Source: Polyangiaceae bacterium (lineage in GTDB: Bacteria > Myxococcota_A > Polyangia > Polyangiales > Polyangiaceae). From it: a DNA stretch of 64,000 nt. Where the stretch lies: assembly GCA_033763455.1 (NCBI GenBank), contig JANRKO010000023.1:128001-192000 (forward strand), given 5' to 3'. Below the pieces are notes generated by a model. The model saw only the letters and a list, made by a program, of their open reading frames with translations, was not told the DNA's origin and ran no database searches. Of this stretch, positions 41,080-49,860 are shown piece after piece. A program made the translations under genes and the position numbers. How positions within the stretch are numbered: the stretch's first letter is position 1; every line of letters begins with the position of its first letter.

Positions 41080-41236
41080 CGTCCACCTAAAATGGCGGAT
41101 CCTGGTCGGTGAGGGCTCCGCACACCCGCAGGGTAGCGGGCAACGTCCGCCGCGGGCAACCCGACGGGCCCCTCTAACCGCCCCGACGCCGAGTCTCGCA
41201 CCCAATTTGCGGCACAAGCTCTACGATTCAGGGCAA

Positions 41237-42427
41237 TTAGGCAATCAACCGGTGCTCCTCTGCATACCACCGCCCACGCGCAACGTCGACACCCGCACGC
41301 TTAAGCGTGTCTTCTTTTTGGGCATCTATCTTGCGGCCCTTGGCCAATTGATTGGCAAAATTCACCGCGACAGCGAGGTGAAGCTCAATGCCTATCGTAG
41401 AGAACTCGGTGTGATGTAACAAGACCGCGTCTACCAGGTCGACCGGGAAGCCCCAAAGCGCAAGTAAGTAGGCCCCCACCTCACTGTGAGTGGTTCCAAA
41501 AAGTTCACGCTCTACACTATGCACCGGCGCTTGCCCGTCGGCGGACGCGCGCAGGACCTCAGCGTACATAGTCGGCACCCGTGCCGCTAAGACGAGCTTT
41601 CCAAAATCATGAAATAGCCCAGCCAAAAACGCGTCATCCTTCTTTGGAGCGCGATCAAACAGATTGCGGGCCACCTGCGCCACGGCGAGGCTATGGCTCT
41701 GCAAACCTTCTAACGAAAACGAACAATGAGCGGGCAGCTTGAAGCTTTCGAAGACCTTTGCGCTCAGCGCGAGCCCTTTGACTGTGTTGAGCCCAACATA
41801 CATTACCGCCTCAGACACACTGTGGATCTTACGCGGCAAGCCAAAGTAAGCGGAGGTTGCAAGGCGCAAGATGGACGCGGAAAGGGCCGGGTCCTGCTCG
41901 ATAACACTGGCAACTTCTCGGGCCGAGGCATCATCCTTCTGCAGCACACGCCGAAGCGCCATCAAGGTTTTGGGCGGAGAAGGCAGAGCATCGCCTTGGC
42001 CTACCACCTTGCGCAGCCAAGGGTCGACCACGAGCTCCCGTATGCGCGCACATTGTCTGAGCTTCATCAGCAGCGCGGTCTCGTCCGAAGCCAATGCCAG
42101 GGTTTGATGAGCTACCGAATTTACGGGGGGTGATTCTACGCCTGCTCCAGCCTGTAAGAACAGTAGTCGCAAGACCTGTGGCTGGCTCGAAGCCACCTTC
42201 CCGAGAAGCTCCGGGCCAGAGCCATCCACCAGCTTCTCCTGAGTCACCACCGCGTCGATCAGCCCTAAGTCGAGAACCCGAAGTGCACCTTCCGTTGTAT
42301 CGGCTGTTACAACCTGAAAGGTCGCGTCCCGTTCGGAGACTTTTTCTCTGAGCTTTTTGGCTCGTTCGCGGTCACTGTCGACGACTAGGATCTTCATTGG
42401 GGAGTTTTGCTGAACCTCGGCAGTCAT
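41237..42427 (-). CDS. Degenerate receiver + HDOD domain protein
   Basis: KILVVDSD; HDOD motifs LPSPP, IEQDPALSASILRLATSAYFG, AGLFHDFGK, HSEVGAYLLALWG. Confidence 0.88.
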   Translation of the reverse strand: MTAEVQQNSPMKILVVDSDRERAKKLREKVSERDATFQVVTADTTEGALRVLDLGLIDAVVTQEKLVDGSGPELLGKVASSQPQVLRLLFLQAGAGVESPPVNSVAHQTLALASDETALLMKLRQCARIRELVVDPWLRKVVGQGDALPSPPKTLMALRRVLQKDDASAREVASVIEQDPALSASILRLATSAYFGLPRKIHSVSEAVMYVGLNTVKGLALSAKVFESFKLPAHCSFSLEGLQSHSLAVAQVARNLFDRAPKKDDAFLAGLFHDFGKLVLAARVPTMYAEVLRASADGQAPVHSVERELFGTTHSEVGAYLLALWGFPVDLVDAVLLHHTEFSTIGIELHLAVAVNFANQLAKGRKIDAQKEDTLKRAGVDVARGRWYAEEHRLIA

Positions 42428-42622
42428 TGGGGTCGGGGTTGCGCCCACTTTCGGGTCTGGCGCACCCGTTCACGATCTTCGAACGGCAGGTCCCACTCAG
42501 TCCTTAGCGCTTTGGTGTGAAAGGCCCTTAAGCGCCTCCGTAGCGTCGCTTTCTGAATGTGGGTGTCTCAGCCCGAGACACCGAGCCTTCGATGCGCTCA
42601 AGCTCAGGTCTCAACCGGCCGT

Positions 42623-44917
42623 ATGGAACCTCACATGCCCCTGCCCGTACTGCCTGGCTTAAAAGAGCGCTCCTTATTCGCTCATCTAGTCCCCGGGCTT
42701 CTCTGCAAGCTTACCTTGGGCGGGAAGTTCCTCGAGGTTTCAGAGGAGCTGGCGACCGTGCTCGGAGCTCCAACCGACACCTGGATCGGTCGCGGACTGG
42801 ATGAAGCGGTAGCGGCAGATGAACGTGAAATCGTACTTTCGGAAGTACAGAGCCTCTCGCTGGGTGCCCCCATCAGCTTCGACACGACGTGCACCCAGGG
42901 AGAAAAGCGCCGGGTGCTGCGTTGGTGGCTCGCGCTCGAGCCCCAGGAGCGGGTCATCCTAGCTGCCGCGTTGGACGTCACCGAGGCAGCTTCGCTCAAA
43001 CACAAGATGCACCTGCAACACGAGGTTCAACAAGCCGAAGTCTCAGCGCAGCGCGATCTTAATCAGTTGAACGCGCGAGTGTTCAACGCACCCGTAGGCA
43101 TCTACCAAACCGACCGGCATGGCCGATTCGTGTTTGTGAACCGTCGTTGGCAGGACCTTACGGGAATGACAGACGAGGAGGCTTTGGGAATTGGTTGGGC
43201 CCGCTCCGTCCACGCAGACGAACGTCACAAAGTGCTTGGCACCTGGCAGAGCATCACTGATCGCGGTGAAGACTTCTCTCAAGAGTTTCGCGTTGTGCGG
43301 CCCGACGGGAGCCTGCGTTGGGTGGTGGCCGAAGCGAGCCCGATGCGCCAAGACGGCCAAATCACTGGATACCTGGGGGTTGTGGCGGACGTAACTGAAC
43401 GAGTCCACGCCCAGCTTGAAGCGGAGCAAAACAAGCTTTTCGTAGAGCGCATTACTGAGTCCACGCCGTACGCGGTCTACCTCTACGATTTGGACCGTCG
43501 TTCTTACCTCTATTCCAACCGAGGCATGGCCAAGATCCTCGGCTATCCTCCCGAAGAAACCGCGCCCGATGTAGCGGCACTCTTTCAGAGCATTATCCAC
43601 CCTGAAGATCTGCCTAGGTTTCGCGACCATTTAGAGCGTTTGCGGGAGGCTCGCGACGGCACCATTGTACCCTTTGAAGGTCGCGTTCAGCATTACGAGG
43701 GGAACTGGCTCTGGTTGTTGTCACGCGACACAGTTTTCAAGCGGGGTTCCGATGGATCGGTAGTTCAGATCTTGGGAACTATCGAAGATACTACTCAGCG
43801 CAAAGAAGCGCAGGAAGAGATCTCAGAAGCGAACCACAAGCTGAAAAGCTGGGCCGAAGAGCTCGAAAGAAAGAACAAAGAAACCGATATCCTGCGCGAA
43901 ATGAGTGAGCTTCTGCAAACCTGCCGCGATGATGAAGAGGCCTTCCAGGTGATTGGCTGCATCATGCGCAAGCTCTTTCCCACCCAGCCCGGAGCACTCT
44001 CCATCCTCTCTTTATCTCGAAAGCGCCTGGAGCAAGTGGTTACCTGGGGCGGCGCAGAGGCGGCCCCCATTGCGCTACGGCCAGTCTATTCACCCGAAGA
44101 TTGTTGGGCGGTTCGTCGAGGCAACGCCCATCGCGTGGACGATCCCTCGCTCGATCTTGTTTGCGCCCATGTCGATGCCGGCCATCTGGGCCCCTACACC
44201 TGCGCCCCCATGATAGCGCGAGGCACCTTGCTCGGCGTATTGCATGTGGCACACCCCGAACAAACGGTGCACGCTGGGCGCCCGCTCATTCTTGCGGTTG
44301 CAGACGGCATTGAGCTCGCGTTAGCAAACGTAAAGCTCAGAATGACGCTGCGCGACCAAGCAATTCGCGAACCCCTCACCGGCCTATACAACCGCAGATA
44401 CATGGAGGAGGGCCTTGATCAGGCCATTTACCGAGCAAAACGTCATTCACAACCACTCACCGTTGTAATGATAGACGTGGATCACTTCAAACGCTTCAAC
44501 GATACTTTCGGACACGACGCGGGCGATCTCCTGCTCAAGGAGCTTGGTCGGGTTCTCAAGCTCCGTGTGCGCCGGGAAGACATTGCTTGCCGTTTTGGTG
44601 GCGAAGAATTTGCCCTCATTCTGCCGGAATGTTCGGTTCCGAACGCTTTAGAGCGGCTAAGGAAACTGACCGCTGAAGTAAAGGCCATGAAGCTCCACCA
44701 CGACGGAAGAGCGCTCGGGACGGTCACGCTCAGCGTGGGCGTTGCGGTATTTCCTGAGCATGGGCAAACACCCGAGCTGTTGCTGCGCCGTGCCGACGAG
44801 GCGCTCTATCAAGCCAAGCTCCAAGGTCGCGACCAAATCCGCGTCGCCTACACGGATCCAAACGTGAGCCCAACGTCCGAGCCGCCCTCTGCGCGCAACC
44901 CGTCGCTGGTGGCGTAG
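42623..44917 (+). CDS. PAS x3-GAF-GGDEF diguanylate cyclase
   Basis: PAS/PAC repeats, GAF (DCWAVRRG), EPLTGLYNRR, DHFKRFND, RxxD (RRED), RFGGEEF. Confidence 0.93.
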   Translation: MEPHMPLPVLPGLKERSLFAHLVPGLLCKLTLGGKFLEVSEELATVLGAPTDTWIGRGLDEAVAADEREIVLSEVQSLSLGAPISFDTTCTQGEKRRVLRWWLALEPQERVILAAALDVTEAASLKHKMHLQHEVQQAEVSAQRDLNQLNARVFNAPVGIYQTDRHGRFVFVNRRWQDLTGMTDEEALGIGWARSVHADERHKVLGTWQSITDRGEDFSQEFRVVRPDGSLRWVVAEASPMRQDGQITGYLGVVADVTERVHAQLEAEQNKLFVERITESTPYAVYLYDLDRRSYLYSNRGMAKILGYPPEETAPDVAALFQSIIHPEDLPRFRDHLERLREARDGTIVPFEGRVQHYEGNWLWLLSRDTVFKRGSDGSVVQILGTIEDTTQRKEAQEEISEANHKLKSWAEELERKNKETDILREMSELLQTCRDDEEAFQVIGCIMRKLFPTQPGALSILSLSRKRLEQVVTWGGAEAAPIALRPVYSPEDCWAVRRGNAHRVDDPSLDLVCAHVDAGHLGPYTCAPMIARGTLLGVLHVAHPEQTVHAGRPLILAVADGIELALANVKLRMTLRDQAIREPLTGLYNRRYMEEGLDQAIYRAKRHSQPLTVVMIDVDHFKRFNDTFGHDAGDLLLKELGRVLKLRVRREDIACRFGGEEFALILPECSVPNALERLRKLTAEVKAMKLHHDGRALGTVTLSVGVAVFPEHGQTPELLLRRADEALYQAKLQGRDQIRVAYTDPNVSPTSEPPSARNPSLVA

Positions 44918-44962
44918 GGCACCGAGCGGTTAACTCCTAGTCTCGAGAAGGAGCTGCCTGCC

Positions 44963-47887
44963 TTATCGACAACGTTTAGACCGCGTTGAGGCCGTCGCGG
45001 TGCGGCCGTTGAGCGACCAAACCAGATTTCCCGAGGTGAAGTCCACGGCAAACGTGTCCACCTGTCGACCAGGCATGAAGAGCGTACTTTGACCGCGATC
45101 GATCGGAGCCGGCGTGAACTTATTCTGTGACCCAATCGGGATGGTGACGGGGAGTAGATTAGGATTCTTGTAGCCGAAATGTGCTGTATAGATGCCGGCC
45201 TGCTCGGTGACACATTCGAGCACGGCACTGACCTTCGCGGTAGGTGCGCTCCCGAGTGTGAAGCGCGCCACCAATGGGTCGTGGTCACTGGCTTGGTCGA
45301 GGAACTCTGCATTCACGTGGACGATGTCAAAGCCCGAAAGTGGGGCGCCGGCCAGGCTCGGGCTCACCAAAATGTGGTCCAGAGCCTGAGAGTTGCCCTC
45401 GAAGACGTAGGTGTAGCGTTCTCCGGGAGGTAGATTTTCCACGAGCGGGCTGAGACCCACCGATTTGAGCACCGACATGGGAGCCGAGAATTCAAAGTCG
45501 TTGATGTCCCCTGCGACTAGGACAGCCGCCTGTGGATCAATGGCCATGAGCGACTGGACGAAAGTGGCGACGACGGTGGCTTGCCCGATGCGCTGCGCTT
45601 CGGAGCTCAATGTTGGAGGCTGAAAGCGCCCGAAAAGGCCCTGGTCGCCACCTTTCGAGTTGAAGTGATTAGCCACCAGAAAAAGCTTCTTTCCATTGAA
45701 CTGGAACTCACCGACGAGCGGCTTGCGGCTGCTGGAGAAAGCTGTGTTGAGTGGATCGATACGGCCTGGACTAAAGGTAAGCTCTGGCATCCCGGCGTTG
45801 TTGAACGCCGTGGTCGCCGTAGTAGCACTAGCGCCAGGGCGATCGACGAAGCTCAAACCACGGTCCGTTCGGAAAAGGAAAGCCACCCGAATGTTGCCTC
45901 CGGGCTCTCCGCCATCCTTGTTATTTTCTGGGTCAATCGAGCGGTAGTCGTAAGTTGGTCCACCCGCAGCCTGGATGGCGCCAATAAGTGCTGCAAACGT
46001 CTGCGTGGCCTCAACCGTCCCGTCGTTGATGGGTCCGTTGTTGTCCTGCACTTCTTCGAGTGTCAGCAGATCTGGCGCACCAAGGTTATTTACTATCAAG
46101 CCTGCCAGCCGTTGGAACTTCTCTGCAGGGTCGAGCGCATCGAGGTTTTCCACGTTGAACGATGCCACGGTCAATTGCTGGGCCAAAGGGGCACCGAAGC
46201 TGACTGTTTCTTGAGTCAGGCCGCCACTGGTCAGGCTCGGCAGGGTGGTAGCCAGGAGCTTGAAGTTGCCAAAAGAGTAATCCAGAATGCCTTCAACCGT
46301 ACCCAGGAACCGATCGGCGACATTGGCGTCAGGCAGAACAATGCTGTTCGGCAGAGCATCGGATAGGAAGACTCGCTCGGGATTGAAATCCGCGCTGGCG
46401 ATCACGATCCCTCCGCGCCCTGTAAGGGTTGCAGCGGAAGCACCGCCATCGGCAAGCAGCGCGATTTCCTTGTTCTGACTTGCCCCGGATCCGAAGGTTC
46501 GCGTGGGGCCCGCGACCTGCGCGTTGGCGATCTCGACGCGCATGCCCTCAAGGCTTTCGTAGAAGTCAATCCCGTCCGCAGCAGGGTCGAACACGGCGGA
46601 AGAAGTTTCGACGCTGCCAGCGCCGTCGTCGTCGATCACGGAGGCGGGAACGATGCGTCCACCTTGACCCAGCCGAACGGGTGCGGGCAGCGCATTGCCG
46701 TTCGTGAGCACGGTGATAGTCGTGGGACGGTTGACCTCCGTGATCGTGAGGTTGTGGTAGGCGCTGCTCGTGGTGGAACAGCTCGGTGTGCATCCGGGAC
46801 GAAACTCTGTGATGGGCCCCGTTACGAGCACTGAATCACCCACGTTCACACCAGGAGCGCTCCCTGTGAACACCAGAATCCCTTCTGACGTGGCGTCGTC
46901 GGAGTCGTGGGACGGATCTTGAAGGTAGAAACCGTTGTTGGTAAGCGCCGTAACGATGCCGGGGAGATTGGTCACGCTCTGGCCGTTGCGTGGGGAAAGG
47001 TGCGACGCGCCCTGAACATCTCGAATGCGGAGTGGGCCGGAGCTTGGGGCGCCGCCCGAGCTCGTGCCACCTGAACTTGTACCGCCCGTCTCGCTGCCCG
47101 CGGCTCCCCCTTGCCCCGCTTGACCTGCTCCCCCGCCATTGCCGCCTGAACCGGATCCCCCGGATCCGCCTCCTGGATTGGAGCACGCGGAAAGCGGCGA
47201 GGACGAATTACGCGGTTCCACAGCCCCCACCGAGAAGTCCGCGGCATTGTTATTCGTGTCCACACAGCCGCCACCGAGGCGCTGGACCGACGTACTGTTG
47301 CTGGTGGCCGGAGTTGGGCTCCCGCCTTCGGAGAAGTTGGCCGCACCGTAGCCCACAAGGTCGATGACCTGAGCCATTTGGGCGGCGGAACACGGAGTCG
47401 AACTTCCATTAAATCCGAGCGATGAAGCGGTGTTGACGAGTGCCACTTTTCCGCCGGTAGCACTCATAGCGATGGGCGACGCGTCAACTAGATCGGGCGT
47501 GGGGAGCGCGGCGGCTCCGAGAGTCGATCCAACTGCTTCCTGGATGAGATAGGATTGCCCTGGTGCCAGCATCACCGCCGGGAGCTCAGTGAGCTGGGTG
47601 GTGGTGCTGCCAAAGTTGCCCGTGCCGCTGGCGCTTGCGTACTGGACGGACCAACCCGCGAGGTTCACCGGAACGCTGCCTCGGTTGAATAACTCAATGA
47701 AATCATGAGTATAAGGCCCGCCGGCGTTACCACCGCCGCCAAACACTTGCCGGATGACGACGTCTGAGCTGACCGCGAGGTCAAATGACCTGGACGCGGA
47801 ACGCTCAGACTCGGTAGCGGAGCATGCCGCCAGAACCATGCCCAAAGCTGTGATCCCAAAAACCGCGCGATATACCCGTGCCTGCAT
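44963..47887 (-). CDS. Extracellular nuclease lipoprotein (lamin-tail domain + OB fold + EEP endonuclease/phosphatase + C-terminal beta domain)
   Basis: LAAC lipobox; LTD (VVIRQVFGGGGN..DFIELFN); IRDVQGASHLSP; FYESLEGM; SFNVENL, EEVQD, NHFNSK, GDIND, SDHDP. Confidence 0.9.
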   Translation of the reverse strand: MQARVYRAVFGITALGMVLAACSATESERSASRSFDLAVSSDVVIRQVFGGGGNAGGPYTHDFIELFNRGSVPVNLAGWSVQYASASGTGNFGSTTTQLTELPAVMLAPGQSYLIQEAVGSTLGAAALPTPDLVDASPIAMSATGGKVALVNTASSLGFNGSSTPCSAAQMAQVIDLVGYGAANFSEGGSPTPATSNSTSVQRLGGGCVDTNNNAADFSVGAVEPRNSSSPLSACSNPGGGSGGSGSGGNGGGAGQAGQGGAAGSETGGTSSGGTSSGGAPSSGPLRIRDVQGASHLSPRNGQSVTNLPGIVTALTNNGFYLQDPSHDSDDATSEGILVFTGSAPGVNVGDSVLVTGPITEFRPGCTPSCSTTSSAYHNLTITEVNRPTTITVLTNGNALPAPVRLGQGGRIVPASVIDDDGAGSVETSSAVFDPAADGIDFYESLEGMRVEIANAQVAGPTRTFGSGASQNKEIALLADGGASAATLTGRGGIVIASADFNPERVFLSDALPNSIVLPDANVADRFLGTVEGILDYSFGNFKLLATTLPSLTSGGLTQETVSFGAPLAQQLTVASFNVENLDALDPAEKFQRLAGLIVNNLGAPDLLTLEEVQDNNGPINDGTVEATQTFAALIGAIQAAGGPTYDYRSIDPENNKDGGEPGGNIRVAFLFRTDRGLSFVDRPGASATTATTAFNNAGMPELTFSPGRIDPLNTAFSSSRKPLVGEFQFNGKKLFLVANHFNSKGGDQGLFGRFQPPTLSSEAQRIGQATVVATFVQSLMAIDPQAAVLVAGDINDFEFSAPMSVLKSVGLSPLVENLPPGERYTYVFEGNSQALDHILVSPSLAGAPLSGFDIVHVNAEFLDQASDHDPLVARFTLGSAPTAKVSAVLECVTEQAGIYTAHFGYKNPNLLPVTIPIGSQNKFTPAPIDRGQSTLFMPGRQVDTFAVDFTSGNLVWSLNGRTATASTRSKRCR

Positions 47888-48009
47888 GATGAGTAATCCT
47901 CTCTGTGACCTGGGGCGCACAGCCGCAACGAGTGTTGCGGTCTGACGCTATGGGTAAGACCTATACTTCAGGGCGCGCGCGCTTCGTAAAACGTTCTCGC
48001 AATGATGCT

Positions 48010-48025
48010 GTGACTTGTGTGTGAT
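48010..48025 (-). promoter_or_regulatory. Pho-box-like direct repeat upstream of the nuclease
   Basis: Minus strand ATCAC-ACACAA-GTCAC, 11-bp period. Confidence 0.55.
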
Positions 48026-48190
48026 TCGCGAGCTCGGAAAGAGAGCTCGGCCGGCTGGCGCGTTCGCTGCTTCTCAGCGATTAGACTGAAACATCCCTAG
48101 CTTTGCATGGGGTGAGTGTTTCATTCGTGTGCAGTGGGCTCATCCAGACGCCGCGATGTTAAAAGGTATTGGCCTCGGGCAGCGACTGAA

Positions 48191-48556
48191 TCAGCGCGTG
48201 CCCACTAGGACGCTGAGCATGAATCTGAGCATCCCGGGGTCCCCCTTGCAGACGTAGCCCGCCGCCCCGGTTTGCTCGACCGCCAACCGCAAGGAATCCT
48301 CGTCATTCGACGAGTAGAGTACGACGCGGGCAATCGTCTCCTTGATGAGCAGGGGGGCCAGACGATCGCCGCTCAAGCCGGGCATGTTGATGTCAACCAG
48401 CACCACGTCTGGCATGAACTCGTTTACCGCCCTGGTCGCACCAAAGGGACTGCCGTAAGTCTTTACTTCGTACCCCTCAAGGGTCAGCAATTCTCGCACC
48501 ATGTAGAGATGATTCTCATCATCATCGACTACAAGAACCCTTCCTCTTGCGATCAT
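48191..48556 (-). CDS. Single-domain response regulator
   Basis: VVDDD, phosphoacceptor LVDINMP, SS, VCKG; ATGA overlap with the kinase. Confidence 0.92.
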   Translation of the reverse strand: MIARGRVLVVDDDENHLYMVRELLTLEGYEVKTYGSPFGATRAVNEFMPDVVLVDINMPGLSGDRLAPLLIKETIARVVLYSSNDEDSLRLAVEQTGAAGYVCKGDPGMLRFMLSVLVGTR

Positions 48557-49776
48557 AGCAATTCCTTCGTCGCTCCAAGTTTTGATCCTAGTGGAAGCCG
48601 TAAGGTAACGGTGGTTCCGGAATTGACCTGGCTGGTAAGGCTGAGCTTGCCACCCAAGAGCGCGGCGAGCCCACGGCTGATCACGAGCCCAAGTCCTGTA
48701 CCATCGCGGCTCCTCGTCCTCACGTCACCCACCTGGCTGAAAGCTTGAAACAGCCCACGCTGCTCCTCCTCGGAGATGCCAACCCCCGAATCCGAAACCA
48801 CAAACACCACCTCCCCTTCTTCTTCCCAGAGCTGTAGTCGGATCACCCCTTTTGACGTGAACTTCACGGCGTTGCTCACCAGGTTAGACAATATCTGACG
48901 GAGCTTGGTGCTATCTGTATACAACGCAACATCCACTGGCGCATCCACCACCACCTGAACGGGCAGGTCACCTATGAGCACCCGCGCGACTTCTGCTGAC
49001 TCGGTGAGGAGCGAAAGTGAGCTCACGAGTTCCACTCGAACCTCTACCTTGCCAGCTTCAAGCTTAGCATGGTCCAGAACACTATTGATCACCGCTCTTA
49101 GGTGGCTGGCGCTCGACTTTAGAACACGGACATGTTCGCCGAGCCTGTCCCCCTGGGCGTGGGCGTGGGCGCTTTCTATCAATTCTGATAGGCCAACGAT
49201 GGTGTTGGTTGGGGAACGGAGCTCATGAGTTACGTGGGCTAAGAAGCTCGACCTAAGGGCGGACATGCGCTCTACCTCTCGGCGCCGGGCCTCGGCGATG
49301 GCGTTAGCCTGTCGCACGCGGGCGAGATCATCGCTCAGGTGAAGGACGAGGCGTTTTATCGATAACATGCCAATATAGCGCCCATTTTTGTCCACGACGA
49401 TCAGGTCGTCATAGGCGTCTTGTTCTGGACGGGAAAACGCCAACGCCAACGCTTCATCGGCCGTGACGGCGGGGGAAATCTGGCATGCGTCCGTCTGAGT
49501 CAGTTCCCGAATCGGGCGGGCCCCGAACAGGGCATGACCGAAGCGCGTGAAAAGCTTCTGTGAAAGCTTGTTTCGGGTGACGAGGCCCAGGGGGATTCCG
49601 GCGCTCACGACTGCTAGCGCCTCCCACGAAGTCTCTCGAAACCAGCGTTCGGAAACTTCGTTGACTGTCAGTGCCGGTGGCAGCGTGGGCGTCTCCGTGA
49701 CGAGGCCTAGCAAACTGGGCTCACCCGGGGAATCGTGATGGATGTCGACGGCTGCGTTCACGAGGAGCCCAACCAC
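48553..49776 (-). CDS. Soluble CBS-pair histidine kinase
   Basis: CBS-like motifs (ALAVVSAGIPLGLVTR; DDLIVVDKNGRYIGMLSI), H-box THELRSP, NLVSNAVKFT, DSGVG, GTGLGL; no TM segment. Confidence 0.85.
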   Translation of the reverse strand: MVGLLVNAAVDIHHDSPGEPSLLGLVTETPTLPPALTVNEVSERWFRETSWEALAVVSAGIPLGLVTRNKLSQKLFTRFGHALFGARPIRELTQTDACQISPAVTADEALALAFSRPEQDAYDDLIVVDKNGRYIGMLSIKRLVLHLSDDLARVRQANAIAEARRREVERMSALRSSFLAHVTHELRSPTNTIVGLSELIESAHAHAQGDRLGEHVRVLKSSASHLRAVINSVLDHAKLEAGKVEVRVELVSSLSLLTESAEVARVLIGDLPVQVVVDAPVDVALYTDSTKLRQILSNLVSNAVKFTSKGVIRLQLWEEEGEVVFVVSDSGVGISEEEQRGLFQAFSQVGDVRTRSRDGTGLGLVISRGLAALLGGKLSLTSQVNSGTTVTLRLPLGSKLGATKELL

Positions 49777-49807
49777 ACAAGGTGCCTGAAGAGGTCGGAC
49801 GAGGGAG

Positions 49808-49823
49808 GTGACATCCTTGTGAC
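49808..49823 (-). promoter_or_regulatory. Pho-box-like direct repeat upstream of the CBS kinase
   Basis: Minus strand GTCAC-AAGGAT-GTCAC, exact, 32 bp upstream of the annotated start. Confidence 0.65.
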
Positions 49824-49860
49824 GAGCTTTGGCATCGGCCGTTGTTTGAGTTGGACGGCC

